NCBI RefSeq assembly: GCF_030684315.1
Contig: NC_081384.1
Coordinates: 7,327,945 to 7,391,944, forward strand
DNA: 64,000 nucleotides
Source of the DNA: Stegostoma tigrinum
Lineage: Eukaryota
Direction of reading: 5' to 3'
Of this stretch, positions 13,106 through 27,081 are shown piece after piece; the first letter of the stretch is position 1; every line of letters starts with the position of its first letter. Both the position numbers and the translations under genes were made by a program. The notes under the pieces were generated by a model. That model made no database searches and was not told the DNA's origin. It worked only from the letters and a program-made list of their open reading frames with translations.

Positions 13106-13739
13106 CTGCAAGAGGGGGAAAAAACTTTTAAAATGAAGTCTAAATTCACAAATATCTTTTCAGATGAAATAAACAGCTTTTAAAAAATCTCAAGCAAATC
13201 TATGAAGTCACTACAATTTTGCGAAATGATAATTACAAGGGAATACACCATTGTACAAACATTCACACAAAGGAATAAAATGCTGTTTGTGGACTTAGAT
13301 GATTTGAAGACATTCTTTAAGATTCAACCGAAGAACTCCAGGTTTTTGCCAAGTTGAAAAGATTACCCTCCAATCTCACAGCATTTCTTTAACTGGTGTC
13401 TGGGAAGACATATGACACTGGTTCATCAGAACCACAAAATCCCAACCTCAGTCTAAAATACATTGCTGTTCTGGAGATGATAATAGTATTTTGTTCACAT
13501 AAGAATGTCAAATTCTCATGTGGAATGTAGGAAGTAAAGATCATACGTAGTTTTGGGGTAACACAAGCAGGTTTTGAGGAAAGCAAAGAGCTAGACTAAC
13601 TACGCAGACATGTTAAATCTCACTTTAAAAAATGTAGACTGTTTATGTTTTCACATAGTTGCAGTTTTACAGTTATCAGAAATTTAGACCAACTTGGGAA
13701 GAAAACCAGCAGAGGCTGGAGCATTGGAAATTCCCTTCA

Positions 13740-14110
13740 GTAGGGTGACCTTTTAGAGGTTTATGAAATCATGAACGGCATGGATACAAGATCATTTTCC
13801 TAGGGTGGGGGTGTCCAAAACTAGACGGCATAGGTTTAAGGTAAAAGGGGAAAGATTTTAAAATGACCTGAGGGTAACTTTCTCAAGCAGAGGATGATGC
13901 ATTTATGGAATGAGTTGCCAAAGGAAGTGGTGGAGGTGGGTACAATTACAACAATTAAAAGGCATCTGGATGGGTACATGAATAGGAAAGGTTTAGAGGG
14001 ATATGGGCCAAGTGCTGGCAAATGGAACTAGGTCAGACAGGGATGCTTAGTCAGCACAGACAAGTTGGACTGAAGAGTGCATTTCTGTGCTGTATAACTC
14101 TATGACTAAT
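13740..14110 (+). mobile_element. CR1 LINE 3' end
   Basis: RGDL.EVY.IM...TR.HRFKVKGERF...GNF..QR...WNELP.EVVE and typical tail. Confidence 0.85.
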
Positions 14111-14519
14111 GAGGAGCTTGGAAACACAAAACCAATTCTACAACACTACAGACAGAAGTATGACAAATTCACATCAAATGCTTTCAATTATGAATTTACA
14201 CAGAGGAAATTAGAATGACAAAATGTTAACATAAGTGATTAAAAGTTGGACAGTAAGGTGTTATAGATGTAACTAAAAACTGAAGCTGCATTGGAGAAAG
14301 AAACAGCAAAGTACACAAAACAATCTGTTCCTTTCTGTTCAAAGGACTCGACCAGCAAATAAAGGAGATGACTCCATATTAAACACAAACTATTTGTGAA
14401 TTCATAGGAAAAGAGGTCTAATTCCTATTTAAAAGTGATAAATATGGATCCTGTATAAAGTTATAAATGGTATCTACGTACAACTTTGAATCTCTATAAA
14501 TCACAAATGGACATGTTTC

Positions 14520-14845
14520 TTTATTCATTCACAGGATGAGGGCTTCACAGGCAGCATTTATTGCCCATACTAATTACGCAGAGGCAGTTGAGGGTCTATC
14601 ACATTGCTATGGGTGTAGAGTCACCTGTAGGCCATGTAACAATGGCAGTTTCCCTTCCTAAAGGGCATTACTGAACCAGATGGGTTTTTCTGAAAAATCA
14701 ATAATTAGATTCTTAATTTCAGATATTTTTATTGAATTCAAATTCCACCATCTGCTGTAGTGGGATTCAAACCCGATCCCCAGAACACCATCTGGATCTC
14801 CGGATTAATAGTCCAGTGATAATACCACCAGGCCATTGCCTCCCC
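14520..14845 (-). mobile_element. tRNA-derived SINE family B (other copies at about 3035-3380 -, 15841-16215 +, 22880-23225 +, 27515-27900 -, 59980-60240 -)
   Basis: A box TGGCCTGGTGG, B box GGTTTGAATCC, core CCTTTAGGGAAGGAAA.CTGCC, tail shared with the LINE at 42820. Confidence 0.75.
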
Positions 14846-16997
14846 AGGCATGTATGGAAATGCTAATTCTGAGAAGCAAAGACCATCTTTTAAGGCAAGC
14901 CATTTTTTATCACTGTGAAATTTCACTGTTCCGAAGAAATGATCTATGTCTCATCTCATAAATGCACTACCCACACGGGAAAGATCCTCACAAGAGTAGC
15001 AGATTTTATTTAGTTTAAGTTGAGAATGCAGAACTGTAATTAGCCTCATTCCCTGAGGCATGGATTGCGTCAACTAGAACTTATAAACTGCTTTTCAGAT
15101 AAAGTATGGGATTACAAAAGAATAAAACATTCAAAAGGTGCATTACAGAAGTGCTGAGGCTAAATCTGACAATAAGATACATAAAGGAGCAGATTAAAAG
15201 GAAAAAAGAGGCAGGAAAGGAAATCCATAACTGGGAGTCAAGAAAACTGCTCTCCCCTTGAGGCACTTTGAGGCTGAAAGGCTGTAATGTTGCCTTGACT
15301 AATTTTAGGTCAAACTACTGGTTATGGGTCTGCTGATCCCATTTACATCTCCTCTGACTCGTTTGTTATCCTTTGTTTAGTACCAACATTCCACCGGGAT
15401 TTAACCCCAGCCACCTTGTAAGACCCTCTTTTTCAATCTTTCTGCACCCCATCCTTCAATCCCTGGCTCTGCACTTGTTTAAAAACTTGAATCTTGCTAC
15501 TGCATCTATTTTTGATGTGAGATTTTCAAGCTGAAACACACACTGTTTCCCTTGCTGCCTGATCTGCTGAGTGCTTTAAGCATCGTCCCTTTTCATTGCT
15601 GTGCCTTCCTGATTGGTTACTACTGACCTCTGCTGGATAGCGTGTAGGTGACAACTGGGCAAAGCTTAAATCAAACTCACATCAAGGAAGCTGCCAACGT
15701 TCCTTGTGTGTCTTGGAGGACGGCCAGCTGGCAGTCAGAGCCATATCTAAACATGACATCAGAATAGGAGGGTAAACTTTGACATGACCAAAAACAGAAA
15801 CGCAAGAACATATCAAAAGTAAATGCCATCTCATAACCTTGAGGGAGATGGTAGTGTAATCTACCTGCAGTAGTAAGCCAGAGCCCCAGGCTAATGTGCT
15901 GTAGACTTGGATTTAAATCCCATCATAGCAGCTAGTGGAATTTAAATTTAATTAATAAATCTGGAATATAAATCCAGTACCAGTAATGCTGCCATGAAAC
16001 TATTACAGATTGCCATAAAAATCTATCCAGCTCACTAATGCCCTTTAGGGAAGGAAATCTGCCATCCTTAGCTGATCTGGCCTACATGTGACTCCAGACT
16101 AACAGCAGTATAATTGACTTTTAACTCCCCTCTAAAATAGGCTAACAACCCATTTAGTTGGGGATCACAACAAATGTTGGGTTTCCAGCAATACCCACAT
16201 CCCTTGAAAGAATAAAAGGAAATAATAAGTAAAAAGTACAAATCAAGAGGTTGACAAAAATCACTCTGCAAATTAATCAACATCCACATGTTGAATTAGG
16301 CAACAAAACATTTTCAAGAAAGCTGAAACATTTTTTATTATTATATAGCTCAGAACAAATGCCAATGTGTTCAACCAACCATGATTGTATAGAATGGTGC
16401 AGCAGGCTCGATAGGCTGAATGGCTTACTCCTGTTCCGATGTAAGAGTATCCACTGTTCCTTTTTGGATTGTATTCAAAGGCAAATCCCCAGTGGGGAAC
16501 AACCGAGCTTTAATTTTGGAAAATAAACCTAAACATGTTGTGAAACATTTGAAGCGAGACCTTCTGGCCTAGAGGCAGGGATACTAATACTGTGCCACAA
16601 GACACCAAGAACTCAGCTCTTTTTTAAAAAATGAACCACCACAACCATGACCATGGCAACCAAATCACCTGCTTAACAATTTAGCTCCTTTTCCTTATTT
16701 TATAACAGCCTGCTCAGACAATTATTACACACCTCTGGATTAGAATTAATCCAGGGGCTAAAATAGGCTTTTTGGCTCAGAGTTTCTGGATGCTACACCG
16801 CACCACAGGAGTCCCAACAATGCAGCTCTTTATTTGATAACCAACTTGTTCAGTGACATCATGACCCACTGCTCCAGACAGGTATTCTGCTCTCAGTAAA
16901 CTCTGAACTTGTTCTTTTAAACGGACTTGCATTTCTGAACTGATATTACTTACTGGTACAACATAACTAACAGATCGCAAACCCATTTATTACTTAC

Positions 16998-17159
16998 TGA
17001 AGAAACTTTCCGTCTCTGGTATCCCTTCTCTCCAGTTCCTGCTCCATTTCATCATCCTCTTTGTACCGTCTGATGTTACATTGGCGAGCTTCGTCATTCC
17101 ATTTTGCATCCTCCATCATTTCCTGACGCCTACGTTCCAGTTCCTCAGCTGAAAGTTTA
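16998..17159 (-). CDS. CWC25: CWC25 exon 9 (KLSAEELERRRQEMMEDAKW...DTRDGKFL)
   Basis: 162 nt, conserved KLSAEELE..RQEMM..AKW motif, GTAAGT donor. Confidence 0.96.
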
Positions 17160-19751
17160 CTGTGAAATCAAAGTATAATCAAATCAGAGCACTGGGGTAC
17201 CACGATACAGACTGGGTGGGGTGTAATAAACAGATACAAAGTTGCTACATACCAGGACAGGAGAGGTATTTTCCCCTCTGGTCTAAAGCAAGCCCACCTC
17301 AGCCAGAACTACAGATTTCTATCATCTGTTAGCGACTTACTTTGATTTCTCATCAACAGATATTGATTTAGCTTTTCTAATGTTAGCAAAAATAATGAGC
17401 TGAGCACAAAAAAAATTCCTTTGATAGACAAACACCTGTTGGTATATTTTACCAAGTAAAAATGCTGAGCCAGAAACAGACCATGAAAGTAAACTGAGCT
17501 ACTTCCCTGTTGCAAAGACAGCAAGGAATCAGATCATGGCCATTGGATTACAGTATAACATCTTTCAGCCACTATAGGCTAACTTCACAAGTAGAACAGA
17601 TGCAGATGGGTAGAAAGAAATGGGAATCTAAAGTGAAAACTGAAACTTCTGCAGATGCTCAGCACATCAGCTAACTGGAAAAGAACAATGAATTAACATC
17701 CTGCAAGTTTTACTGAAAGATCATAGGAGAAACATTGTTTCAGATGGTGATTAACGTGACGTGTCCCCAGTACTTTCCTTTCTCTTTTTACCTACATCAG
17801 TTCTCCACAATTTCGAGGCTTTCAAAATGTTTCTACATTGGGCACATGACCTTGTCTGGTACCTCAATGCAGATTTGAGGCAGTGCTGCATTAACAAAAG
17901 TACCAGTTTTAAGATGTGTTACGAAATGGAGATCACAGCAGTTTATAGATGTCAAATTGCACTTGCTTTAGAAGCAGATACCGGTTTTAACTTAACTATT
18001 GATTTTTCAGGCCTACAGTTCCAGGTAAACAGGGCTGATTACATTGGGGATTTAACTAGTTGAATCAGAATGGGACACTTGCTAACAGTTAGGGTCTAAG
18101 AAAAATACAAATTCTTCCCTCACTATTTATTATAGGAGCATTTTGACAGCAACTGCTTTAAAAATAACAATTAGCATGAAGTAGGATAAAATCTCTTCCA
18201 AAAATTAACTTTAAATATTAATTGTTATAATCTTATGTTAATATTATATTTACCTCTCTCTTTCTCAACTGAAAAGAAACTTCATGAAAATTTTGAATGC
18301 TTTTTTATTCCTCATGAAGTTTTCAGCAAGGTTAAAATTCTAAATTATTTTAAAGATTTCTCAAAGTTATTACCCAAAACAGATATTGAGAAAAAGAATA
18401 TACACTTGTGTACAGAACATTTGAAAAATGATTTAAAAATAGAAACAAATAGAAAACTAATTTGTTTGGTATATGTACTTTGCAGGGCCAGACACAAATT
18501 AGAATAAAACAAGTATAATTTAGCAAACATTTTTCTACTCGAAGTAACTGATTCCCGCTTCTAAACACAAAAAGCCATCACCATAAACACAGCTTCCAGA
18601 CTGGTAACTAATGCATTTTCATTACATATATGTGAAGCTGGAAGGTTTTAAAGAGATTTTAATAGCCTTTTACCCTGATTCTCAAATCTGAGTCATAAAA
18701 TTTCAATTTCAAATTTTAATTTAGCAATTGACTAATCATCAATTATAATAGAATCCACAACATTTTTTCTCACACAGTAGCTCCTGACTGATGCAGCTCT
18801 AAGCTAGAAATTCCACATTCATTTCCAAGGAATTCATTATCCCAACAATATCAGATTCTTCAGGCTCCTAGTTAGCTGAGTATTCCTTTGTTGACAGATT
18901 TAAAACTCTGCTCTCTCATTTGTAGTCTATATCTCTCCCTGTCACTTACAGTTTCCTTCATTCTCCCATCTCTCCCTTGCAGCTTTCCCTACTCACCACA
19001 TCCCACTGAAACCTCAGCTTGCCTCCCCAGCCCTTTGCAGTGTTGCTTTCTCAAGCCCCATCACAGCCTCTTTCTTCCCCTCACTCCCCTTGTAGCCTCT
19101 TGCTCTCCCCAACCCAACCAGAGAAGACAGATTCCCACAGATGGCTTTTCACCGTGGTATCTCCAGCAAAACATTTCACAGTCAAGACCCTGCTTCTGCA
19201 GTCAGTACATTCCAGCCTTAGCAACGCAGTGATCCACTCGCTCACCTACTTTCTTTTCTTACCCAAATAGCTGCTTCTCTAATCACAGATTGTTTCTCTC
19301 CTGAGTTTAATGCTGATAAGTTTATTATGAAAGCACAGAAAAGAATTAGCCTATGTTTGGAGGAGCAGCTCCTCAGGGATTCTTTCCATTCCACTTACAG
19401 AAACGCCTTTCCATCATTAGTCAACTCTGTAATCGATTTTCGAGGACATTCAGGGAAGATTTCAGGGCGAATTCAAATGCTGCTCCCATGTACTCTGAAT
19501 GCTGCTGAGGACTTGTGTTAATCTGTATCCACTACAACTGTTGCTGCCTACAGTCTTGTATTTGCTGCTCAATCGACTTTAGATATTTTTTCTCTTACTT
19601 TGAGGCACATTTACAAGATCAATTAAATGTTAATTTATACTTTTTACTCCTTTGTCTCAGTTAATGATCAACATGCTCTTATTTATGAATCTTGAGAGAT
19701 TATTTTAATTAAACCTCCCTACCCAACTTTACGAAACTCCCATTTCAATAC

Positions 19752-19841
19752 CTTGACTGATTAGAATAAGGCCTCCTGTGGGATCCTGCTCTTGATAGGG
19801 ATGACTTTCGAGCTTCGACATTTCCAATTTTGTCATCATAC
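19752..19841 (-). CDS. CWC25: CWC25 exon 8 (YDDKIGNVEARKSSLSRAGSHRRPYSNQS)
   Basis: 90 nt phase 2-2 exon, open frame, TTGAAG acceptor and GTATTG donor; poorly conserved region, so supported mainly by phase and splice sites. Confidence 0.8.
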
Positions 19842-20908
19842 CTTCAAAAACAAAACCTCATTAGAAATGACCTCTACTGGTCCTCCAATAACTGTCTTGC
19901 AGGGTATGGCGTACAGTGTTAGCAGTGATTGAGCAGGTAATGTATCCTTACCTCTCAAGCAGAAGATTGACTAGTGAGTTTTGAGAAGATTGACGGTTTG
20001 TTACAGACCAGAAACTTAAACACAAAACCTTTATCAATGCCCTTGTGCAAGCCTAAAGGAGCGATGCAGTTAAAGGTGCCTTCTTTCAGATAAGACTTTA
20101 AATCAAATTCCCCCACCCCTAGGTCTGCTATTCTAGTTTAATTGTGTCAAAGATTGAGGTTGATTAAGATTGCAGGAGGCTTGATAGTCAGCAAGTTTAC
20201 ATTTTATTTAAACATGGTGAGTACTAACCATGTAATGCTGCTCAATGCTGTTTGCAATCGTATGATCTTGCATTACTTACCATGCCATCTTCTTACACAT
20301 TCACATTCATACACTGGACCTAACCGAATGCAAGAGATCGCATGCAAGTGCAGGGAATCTCCTCTAATCAATGCTTCCTCTTCAACTAACAGTAAACATG
20401 ATTATCTGGTCATTATTCACATTCATATGCATAGGATCTTGTTGCATGTAAAAAGCTATGGCTTTTCCTACATTAAAACAGTGACTAGTTTGCTGTAAAG
20501 TATCTAACGACATCCTGAGTTTGTGTTAGATGCTATTAAAAGTCAAGTCAGTCTTACTTTCTTTCATAACGACAGAATATACCAGTCTTTATTTCTGAAC
20601 TGTGTTGTTTTTGTATTGGTAATGTCAGCAGTATTACGAGTCACCTTAACAGCCTGGCTGGATAGGAAATTGTATCTTAATTATCAGCTAGCATTGGAAA
20701 CTGTGCAGTTATGGACTTCAGGCTGCATCCTTATGTCTTTTACAGTTTAATAGCCTGCCAACACACACTGTTCAGATCTAAACTTGACAGAATGACACGT
20801 AAAGGCAATCTAGCCACAAAACTGCAGCATGAATCCTGGAAAGGAGGGGAGAAAATGAAAGTAAAATAATTGAAAACAATATTAATTGAATTAAAAGGAT
20901 CCCCTCAC

Positions 20909-21126
20909 CGTGGATGCACTTTCGAGTGTCTGGGTGGTGACTGAGATTTTGATCTGGATCTTCTATGACGTGAACCTTCACGTTTGACATCCTTACGAGA
21001 TTGATGTATCACTGTCCTGGAGCGGCTCCCAGACCGTGACCTGGGTCCTCTGGTCTTGTGAGATACTTTAGCTGGGTCAGAAGATGGGGAATGTTGTTGT
21101 TGGATAATGCTGTGAGAATGTTTCAC
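20909..21126 (-). CDS. CWC25: CWC25 exon 7 (Arg/Ser-rich region)
   Basis: 218 nt; equals ORF 20905..21126 (RSRSGSRSR...SRSKSQSPPRH); CTGCAG acceptor, GTGAGG donor. Confidence 0.92.
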
Positions 21127-21429
21127 CTGCAGGGCAAAAAGGATGACTGAAGAGGTGAAGAAATAATCTCAGCACCAAAAATTATTAAAATGAAAAATAG
21201 CATGTTCCTGAATGCGTCCACTAGATTAAGACAAGATTGAAGATGCTGTCTTGTAAGTGAAAGGTTAGTGCTCCATCACATGGTCCTCTAAAACATGCCA
21301 AGAAAATATAACCATTAGTAAGAGAAGTAATTCTGTGTTTAAAATCATGAAAAGTTTTCATAGTTACTGGCAACGGCTGAAGGGTGAACTCGAAGGTCAT
21401 TAGACAAAGAATCAGAGACAATAGGGTGT

Positions 21430-22370
21430 CGTAGAGACATACAGCATGGAAACAGGCCCTTTGGTCCAACTTGTCCATGCCGACCAGATATCCTAAATAA
21501 ATCTAGCCCGATTTGCCAGCATTTGGCTCATTTCCCTCTAAACCCTTCCAATTCATATAGCCATCCAGGTGCCTTTTAAATATTGTAATTATACCAGCCT
21601 CCACCACTTCCTCTGGCAGCACATTCCATTCACATACCACCCTCTGCGTGAAAAAGTTGCCTGTTACGTCCCTTTTAAATCTTTTCCCTCTCAGCTTAAA
21701 TCTACGCCCTCTAGTTTTGGAGTCTTCCACCCCAGGGAAAGGACTTTGTCTATTTACCCTTTCCATGCCGCTCATTTTACAAATCTATATAAGGTCACCT
21801 GTCAGTCTCTGACGTTCCATGGAAAATAGCTCCAGCCTATTCAGCCTCTCCCTACTGTTCAAACCCTCCCACCCTAGCAACATCCTTGTAAATATTTTCT
21901 GAACACTTTCAAATTTCACAACATCCTTCCTAAAGTAGGGAGACATGAATTACACACAGTATTCTAATGGCCTAATCAATGTTCCGTACAGCTGTGACAT
22001 GTCCTCCCAACTCCTATACTCAATGCACTGACCAATATAGGCAAGCATACCAAATGCGTTCTTCACTATGCTATCGACCTGTGACTCTACTTTTAAGGAA
22101 TTATAAACCTGCACTCCAAGGTCTCCCTGTTCAGCAACAGTTCCCAGGACCTTACCAAATCCCGCCCCGAACTGCCTTTCCAAAATACAGTGCCTCATAT
22201 TTATCGAAATTAAACTCCATCTGCCACTCCTCGGTGCACTGATCGGATCAAAGTCCCGTTGTATTGTGGGGTAACCATCTTTGCTGTTCACTACACGGCC
22301 AATGTTGGTGTCATCTGCAAACTTAATTACCATATCTCCTAGTTCACATTCAAATCATTTATATAAATTT
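21430..22370 (-). mobile_element. CR1 LINE 3' part in CWC25 intron 6
   Basis: ORFs 21950..22333 (KFADDTNIG...) and 21503..21775 (TRGRRFKLRGKRF...FFTQRVV..WN.LP). Confidence 0.9.
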
Positions 22371-23490
22371 ATCAAAAGACTTTTTCCCTTTCTGAATGGT
22401 TAGGATTTATAATACACTGGCTAATTACAGTGGGTAGATTTAATAGATGCTTTCAAAAATGGATAAATACGAAATAGATTTGCAGGGACATCTGGAAAAA
22501 TCAAGACAGTGGCTCTAACAGCTCTTCAAGAAAGTTGACAATGATGGGCTGAATGGCTTCCTTTCAACTGGTTCATAAAATCAACAACTGCATGTGTTGT
22601 GACGTCCCCAAATGATGCACCAGATCTCGATTACAGAGTGAAGATTGCAGGATGATTTTTTTTTAATGCTTACTCCTACAGTAGTTTAATTATACAGGGC
22701 TGTTCAGCAGATTTAAAAATCATTAGGGGGCTGTCCAGTCTAAATAAGAGTTGTGTCAGCTAGGCAGAAAATAAAGTGGTTAATGGAACCACGTTAGAAG
22801 AGTAAGGTAATGAAATGATGGTGGCACTTGAATTGGTTGTTTTCTGGAGGAGATTTGATCTGTTATGGACAGATGGTTGAGCAGTTCCAATGTCACTAGA
22901 TCAGTCATCAAGCAGTCCAATCTAACACTCTGAGGACAGCTCGTGGAATTTAAATTCAACTGACTCATCTAGATTATAAAGCATGTCTCAGTAACAAGGA
23001 CTATGAAACCATTATCAATTGTTGTAAAAACCATCTGGTTCACAAATGCTCTTTGGGGAAGGAAATCTGCCATTCTTACCTCATCTGGCCTGTGTGAGAG
23101 TCCAGATCCCCAGCAATAATTTAAGTGCCTCTGACTGTCTTGCAGGCCTTCACTTCAAGTGAAGCTAAGGACAGGCAACCAATGTTGGCCTTGCTATTGA
23201 TGCCCGTGTCCCAGAGAAAAGAAATCGGTGAGCTGAATTTGCTGCAATCATGAAAGAATGATAACTGATCATGTTTCTTGACAGATTTAATAATGGTATG
23301 GACAGCTACATAAGATGCATCACTGCAATCTTAATAAATGATCCATTCTTAAAATATGAACTGGTTGTGATCAGGAACCTCTGCTAGAAGCTATAATACA
23401 AAATGTCATATTGAGAGAATCATTCAATTAAATACTTCTTGTCTCAATCCACTCAAAAACAATACTAAAGAGTCAGAAGTAGCCACGAAC

Positions 23491-23560
23491 CTTTAAGCCA
23501 TACCCAGGCAGTTTCTTTGGAACAGATGTTGATGATGAATTCCTGGACTTTTCATACTTT
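23491..23560 (-). CDS. CWC25: CWC25 exon 6 (KYEKSRNSSSTSVPKKLPGYGLK)
   Basis: 70 nt, conserved PGYGL motif, TTGCAG acceptor, GT donor. Confidence 0.92.
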
Positions 23561-24185
23561 CTGCAAAATATTTAACAAAGAAAAGCAAACATTTACATAT
23601 TTTAAAATAAAAAACGCTTCTTTTTCCCCATTAATTCAATACAAAGTTGCTCTCAACACATGCCTCCCATTTAAACAGGGTCCTTGCACTTCTTGAATTT
23701 CACATGCTCTCAACCTCAGATCATTGCACACTTCCCCATAAACCTGTAACCTTTCCCCCTTCATTAATTCAGCTAATTAACTTTTGATGACAATTTTGGA
23801 TTTGTATTCACCACTCTTGTCAAGTCGTGCATTTCAAAACCTGACTGTTCATTCTGTGCAAGTTCTTCTCTTGCTGCTTCTGGCTCTTTGGTCATTCACT
23901 TCAAATCTATTGAATTAACTCTTTAGCCAATGGAAACAATTCCTGTTCAAATATAGTGTAACAGAGCTGTTTATGATTCAATAATCTCCTGTTGGGCTTC
24001 TCGGCTTGAAGAAGAACGTACTTAAGCTTCTCCATGTAACTGTCATTTATCATCCCTGGAGCCATTTTAATAACTTTCGTATCCTCTACAAAGGTAGCAT
24101 GGCCTCCCTATAGTATGGTGCTCAGAATAAGACCACTATCCCATTGCTAGGACAGCCAGACAGCCCTTATTTATTGATCCCTTAC

Positions 24186-24289
24186 TTTGTGTGATGCTCG
24201 TTATCACTGGAGCTGGATCGTCGATGCTTTTTGTGCTTCTTCTTCTTGTCCTTTTTCTTCTTATCCGTTTTATCCAAGTTTTTTTGCAG
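24186..24289 (-). CDS. CWC25: CWC25 exon 5 (LQKNLDKTDKKKKDKKKKHKKHRRSSSSDNEHHT)
   Basis: 104 nt, Lys-rich segment as in vertebrate CWC25, GTAAG donor, in frame. Confidence 0.93.
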
Positions 24290-24388
24290 CTTTAAAAAAT
24301 ATGCCATAAACATATTTTTATTACATTATAAAAACTTCTTTGATAACGGTTATAATGCTGAAAGAAGGGTGATAGAATATTCGTAGGA

Positions 24389-24512
24389 GATTTTGGGGCA
24401 CAGTGGTAGTAGCCCTCCCTCTGAGCCACGATACCCAGATTCAAGTCCCACCTGCTCCGGAGGTGTGTAATAACATCTCTGAACAGGCTAATGAAAAACT
24501 AGAACTTTTTTC
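24389..24512 (+). mobile_element. About 120-bp tRNA-derived mini-SINE (second copy at about 8184-8300)
   Basis: A/B-box-like head then GAGGTGTGTAATAACATC.CTGAACAGG; 15-bp TSD AGAATATTC(G/A)TAGGA at 24374-24388 and 24513-24527. Confidence 0.7.
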
Positions 24513-25153
24513 AGAATATTCATAGGACGAATGGAAGTGTGTCAAAGGAGGTAGACTAAGTGGAGATATTTTACAAAGAGCCACCTTTTGTGCTCTATGA
24601 TCTCAACAGTTCATGTCCAGGCTTGCAGATTTGTTTGAGCATTAGCTGGTTAGGGTTTGCCCAAAATGTAACTCTTTACCTGATTCTGAATATAGACTGT
24701 AATGGCTTCTCCCACAGTACAGATGTGATAAATAAAACAAGAATAAAAAGCACTATATTTTATTTAACACAATAAATCCCAATTGCTCAGCCACTAAACA
24801 CAACCTTGCATGAACTCAAGCACATTTACCAGAAATATATGCCACAATCAATCATGGGTCTGTGCAGCGATCCCTTTCATGATCGCCACATGGTTGAGTT
24901 CAGAGGATGAGTATCAGATAAAGAAAGATCCTGCTCCATCTGAGATACAGTCCCTGACTGCCCACTTTCCATATCTAAGTCCACATCCAAAGAATGGCAC
25001 CTGTGGAAAATGCAAGGCAGGGTACATGGCAGTGAAAACCCATCACACTACAACACCTTCAAGACACAAAGGAGGAAAATATCAGGGCAGGAACTAGTAA
25101 ACGTAAAAATAAGATGCTGAAAAACGTCATATCTTTCAGCACTTCATAGAACT

Positions 25154-25330
25154 TCAGGGTTTGAAAGAAGATTTGTAGCTTGGGTGCTCATTGTAGATGT
25201 TGATGTGTTCACCAAGTTGGGAGGTTTGACAGCAGACGTTTTGTCCCCTTACTAGGTAACAAGCTCAGTGCTGGGGATGAAACGTCTGCTGTCAAACCTC
25301 CCAGCTCAGCAAACGCACCAACATCTACCC
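25154..25330 (-). mobile_element. Fold-back Penelope-like terminal element (same family as 49108-49340) in CWC25 intron 4
   Basis: Inverted arms around 25195-25250 / 25272-25328; TSD CTTCA(T/C)AGAACT at 25142-25153 and 25331-25342. Confidence 0.75.
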
Positions 25331-25887
25331 CTTCACAGAACTGTTCTCAATACAAAACTAAAGTTAATTTTTCACCCTTTGTGACATTAAATCTGAATAC
25401 AAGTACTTTATTTTTGGAAATCTGCGAAGAATTATATACAAATTTGCCTGACCTCTGTAGCTTGCGTTCATTCAAAATAGCCAGGTGCAATTTTAAAATT
25501 AAAACTCAAAAGAATATAGGTAGTTTACTAGTATGAAGAGAAAGAAGATTTGTTGAAATCATATTTTTTTTCTTTTCAGGAACGGCCAATATTTTGAACA
25601 ATTCTGATTTACAATATTTCAGGTCATTCCTTTTTGTGGAAGAAGATCATTCAGTCACATTCATCATTTAAGGGTGTACTTATTTATATTTGGGTTGCAG
25701 ATATAATCAGATTGAGGCAAAAGGAATAAATCCTGCTTAAAGCTTATGATTTACCAGTGGAAAGAATCTCATAGGTGATCAGATTAAACACTAGTTTAAA
25801 ATGTTCACTAGTAAGGTCACTAATAAGTGTGAAGAGGCACAGGATTAGGAAAAGGGTAAATTGAATACATCAAGAAGCTCCACTTAC

Positions 25888-25957
25888 TATCTCCCTGATC
25901 ATCTTCATTTTCATGGGATTAGATAAAACTTCTCTCTTCTTCTCTTCCTCACGTTTC
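25888..25957 (-). CDS. CWC25: CWC25 exon 4 (KREEEKKREVLSNPMKMKMIREI)
   Basis: 70 nt, TTTCAG acceptor, GTAAGT donor, in frame. Confidence 0.95.
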
Positions 25958-26439
25958 CTGAAAGAGCCAGTTTAAAAATAAATAATACAAGTAGGTTCTG
26001 TTAATGAAGTCAAAATAAAGTGGGTAAAGCAATTACCCAAGAAATTACAGGGTTCTCCATTCTTAGATTCTACACATTTTTATGAAATGATAGGGTAACC
26101 TCTTCCTCCTGCTCTGCACGTGAGTCAACAAACGGTTGCTACAGATGACAATGACTTGACACGTCAGATGGTCCCTTCCCTTCTCTGAAGGAAGTCTTTA
26201 TTAAGTGAGAATACAAACCCAAAACAGCCATGAAAATGCATCCTGCTCACACCTTGCAGCGTGCTACGAGCTACTGACTTTTCTATCACCATTACTTTCA
26301 ACACTCTCCAAAAGACAGCTCCAGCTGACATGCAGCAATCCCACCGAAGTAGCCAAAAACAATAGACGTAAGGAGGCTATTTGATGGTCAGTTTCAAACA
26401 TTTCATCTTTCTTTCTAAAACAAAACCATGGGCTCATAC

Positions 26440-26780
26440 ATCCTAATTTTGGAATCCCCTCCAGTCTAAATGATCGCTAACATTTCTACATTTCTCCAAT
26501 TCTGGAAGCTTGCGTATCCGCGATTAGAACTGACCCACCATTAGCAGCCGTGCCTTTCTGCTGCTTGGACTCAAAGCTCTGGAATTCTATCCCCAATTCT
26601 TTCCACTTCTCTAACTCTCTCCTGATCAAAGGTGCTTCTTAAGCTCTCTTTCTCTTTGACTACACTTTTGGTGACCTGCTTGTGCATCTCTATGTAGTTT
26701 GATGTCAAATTTTGTTTGCAAGGCTCCTGCTAAGAGCATTTGGATATTTTGGGCACATTTTAAATGCAGATTTTTGTTAG
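26440..26780 (+). mobile_element. L2-type LINE 3' tail (similar piece at about 62730-62950)
   Basis: GCCGTGCCTTT...CTCTGGAATTC...CTCTTTGAC.A...TTTTGGT.ACC tail motif typical of L2 ends. Confidence 0.55.
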
Positions 26781-27081
26781 AAAGGGCATTCCAATTGATT
26801 CCCAGTACCAATATAGGGACTTGTCAAGAGAGAAAATCTTTTTGTATTGAAGTGAACTTTAGGATGTTTTACCAACTCCAACCCACAAAAATATATTGAT
26901 ATTATCCACTACAGTTTTGCAACAGTCAGCTGAGATTAGCTAACACAACACAATGAACATGTCCATTAAGTCTGGGACAAGATAATCTCAATCTGTATAC
27001 TTCATTTCCATCACTTGACATCTTAGCTTTTATCTCTAAATCTGAGTTAACATGTATTGAGTAGTGAGCAACTTTTCCCAC

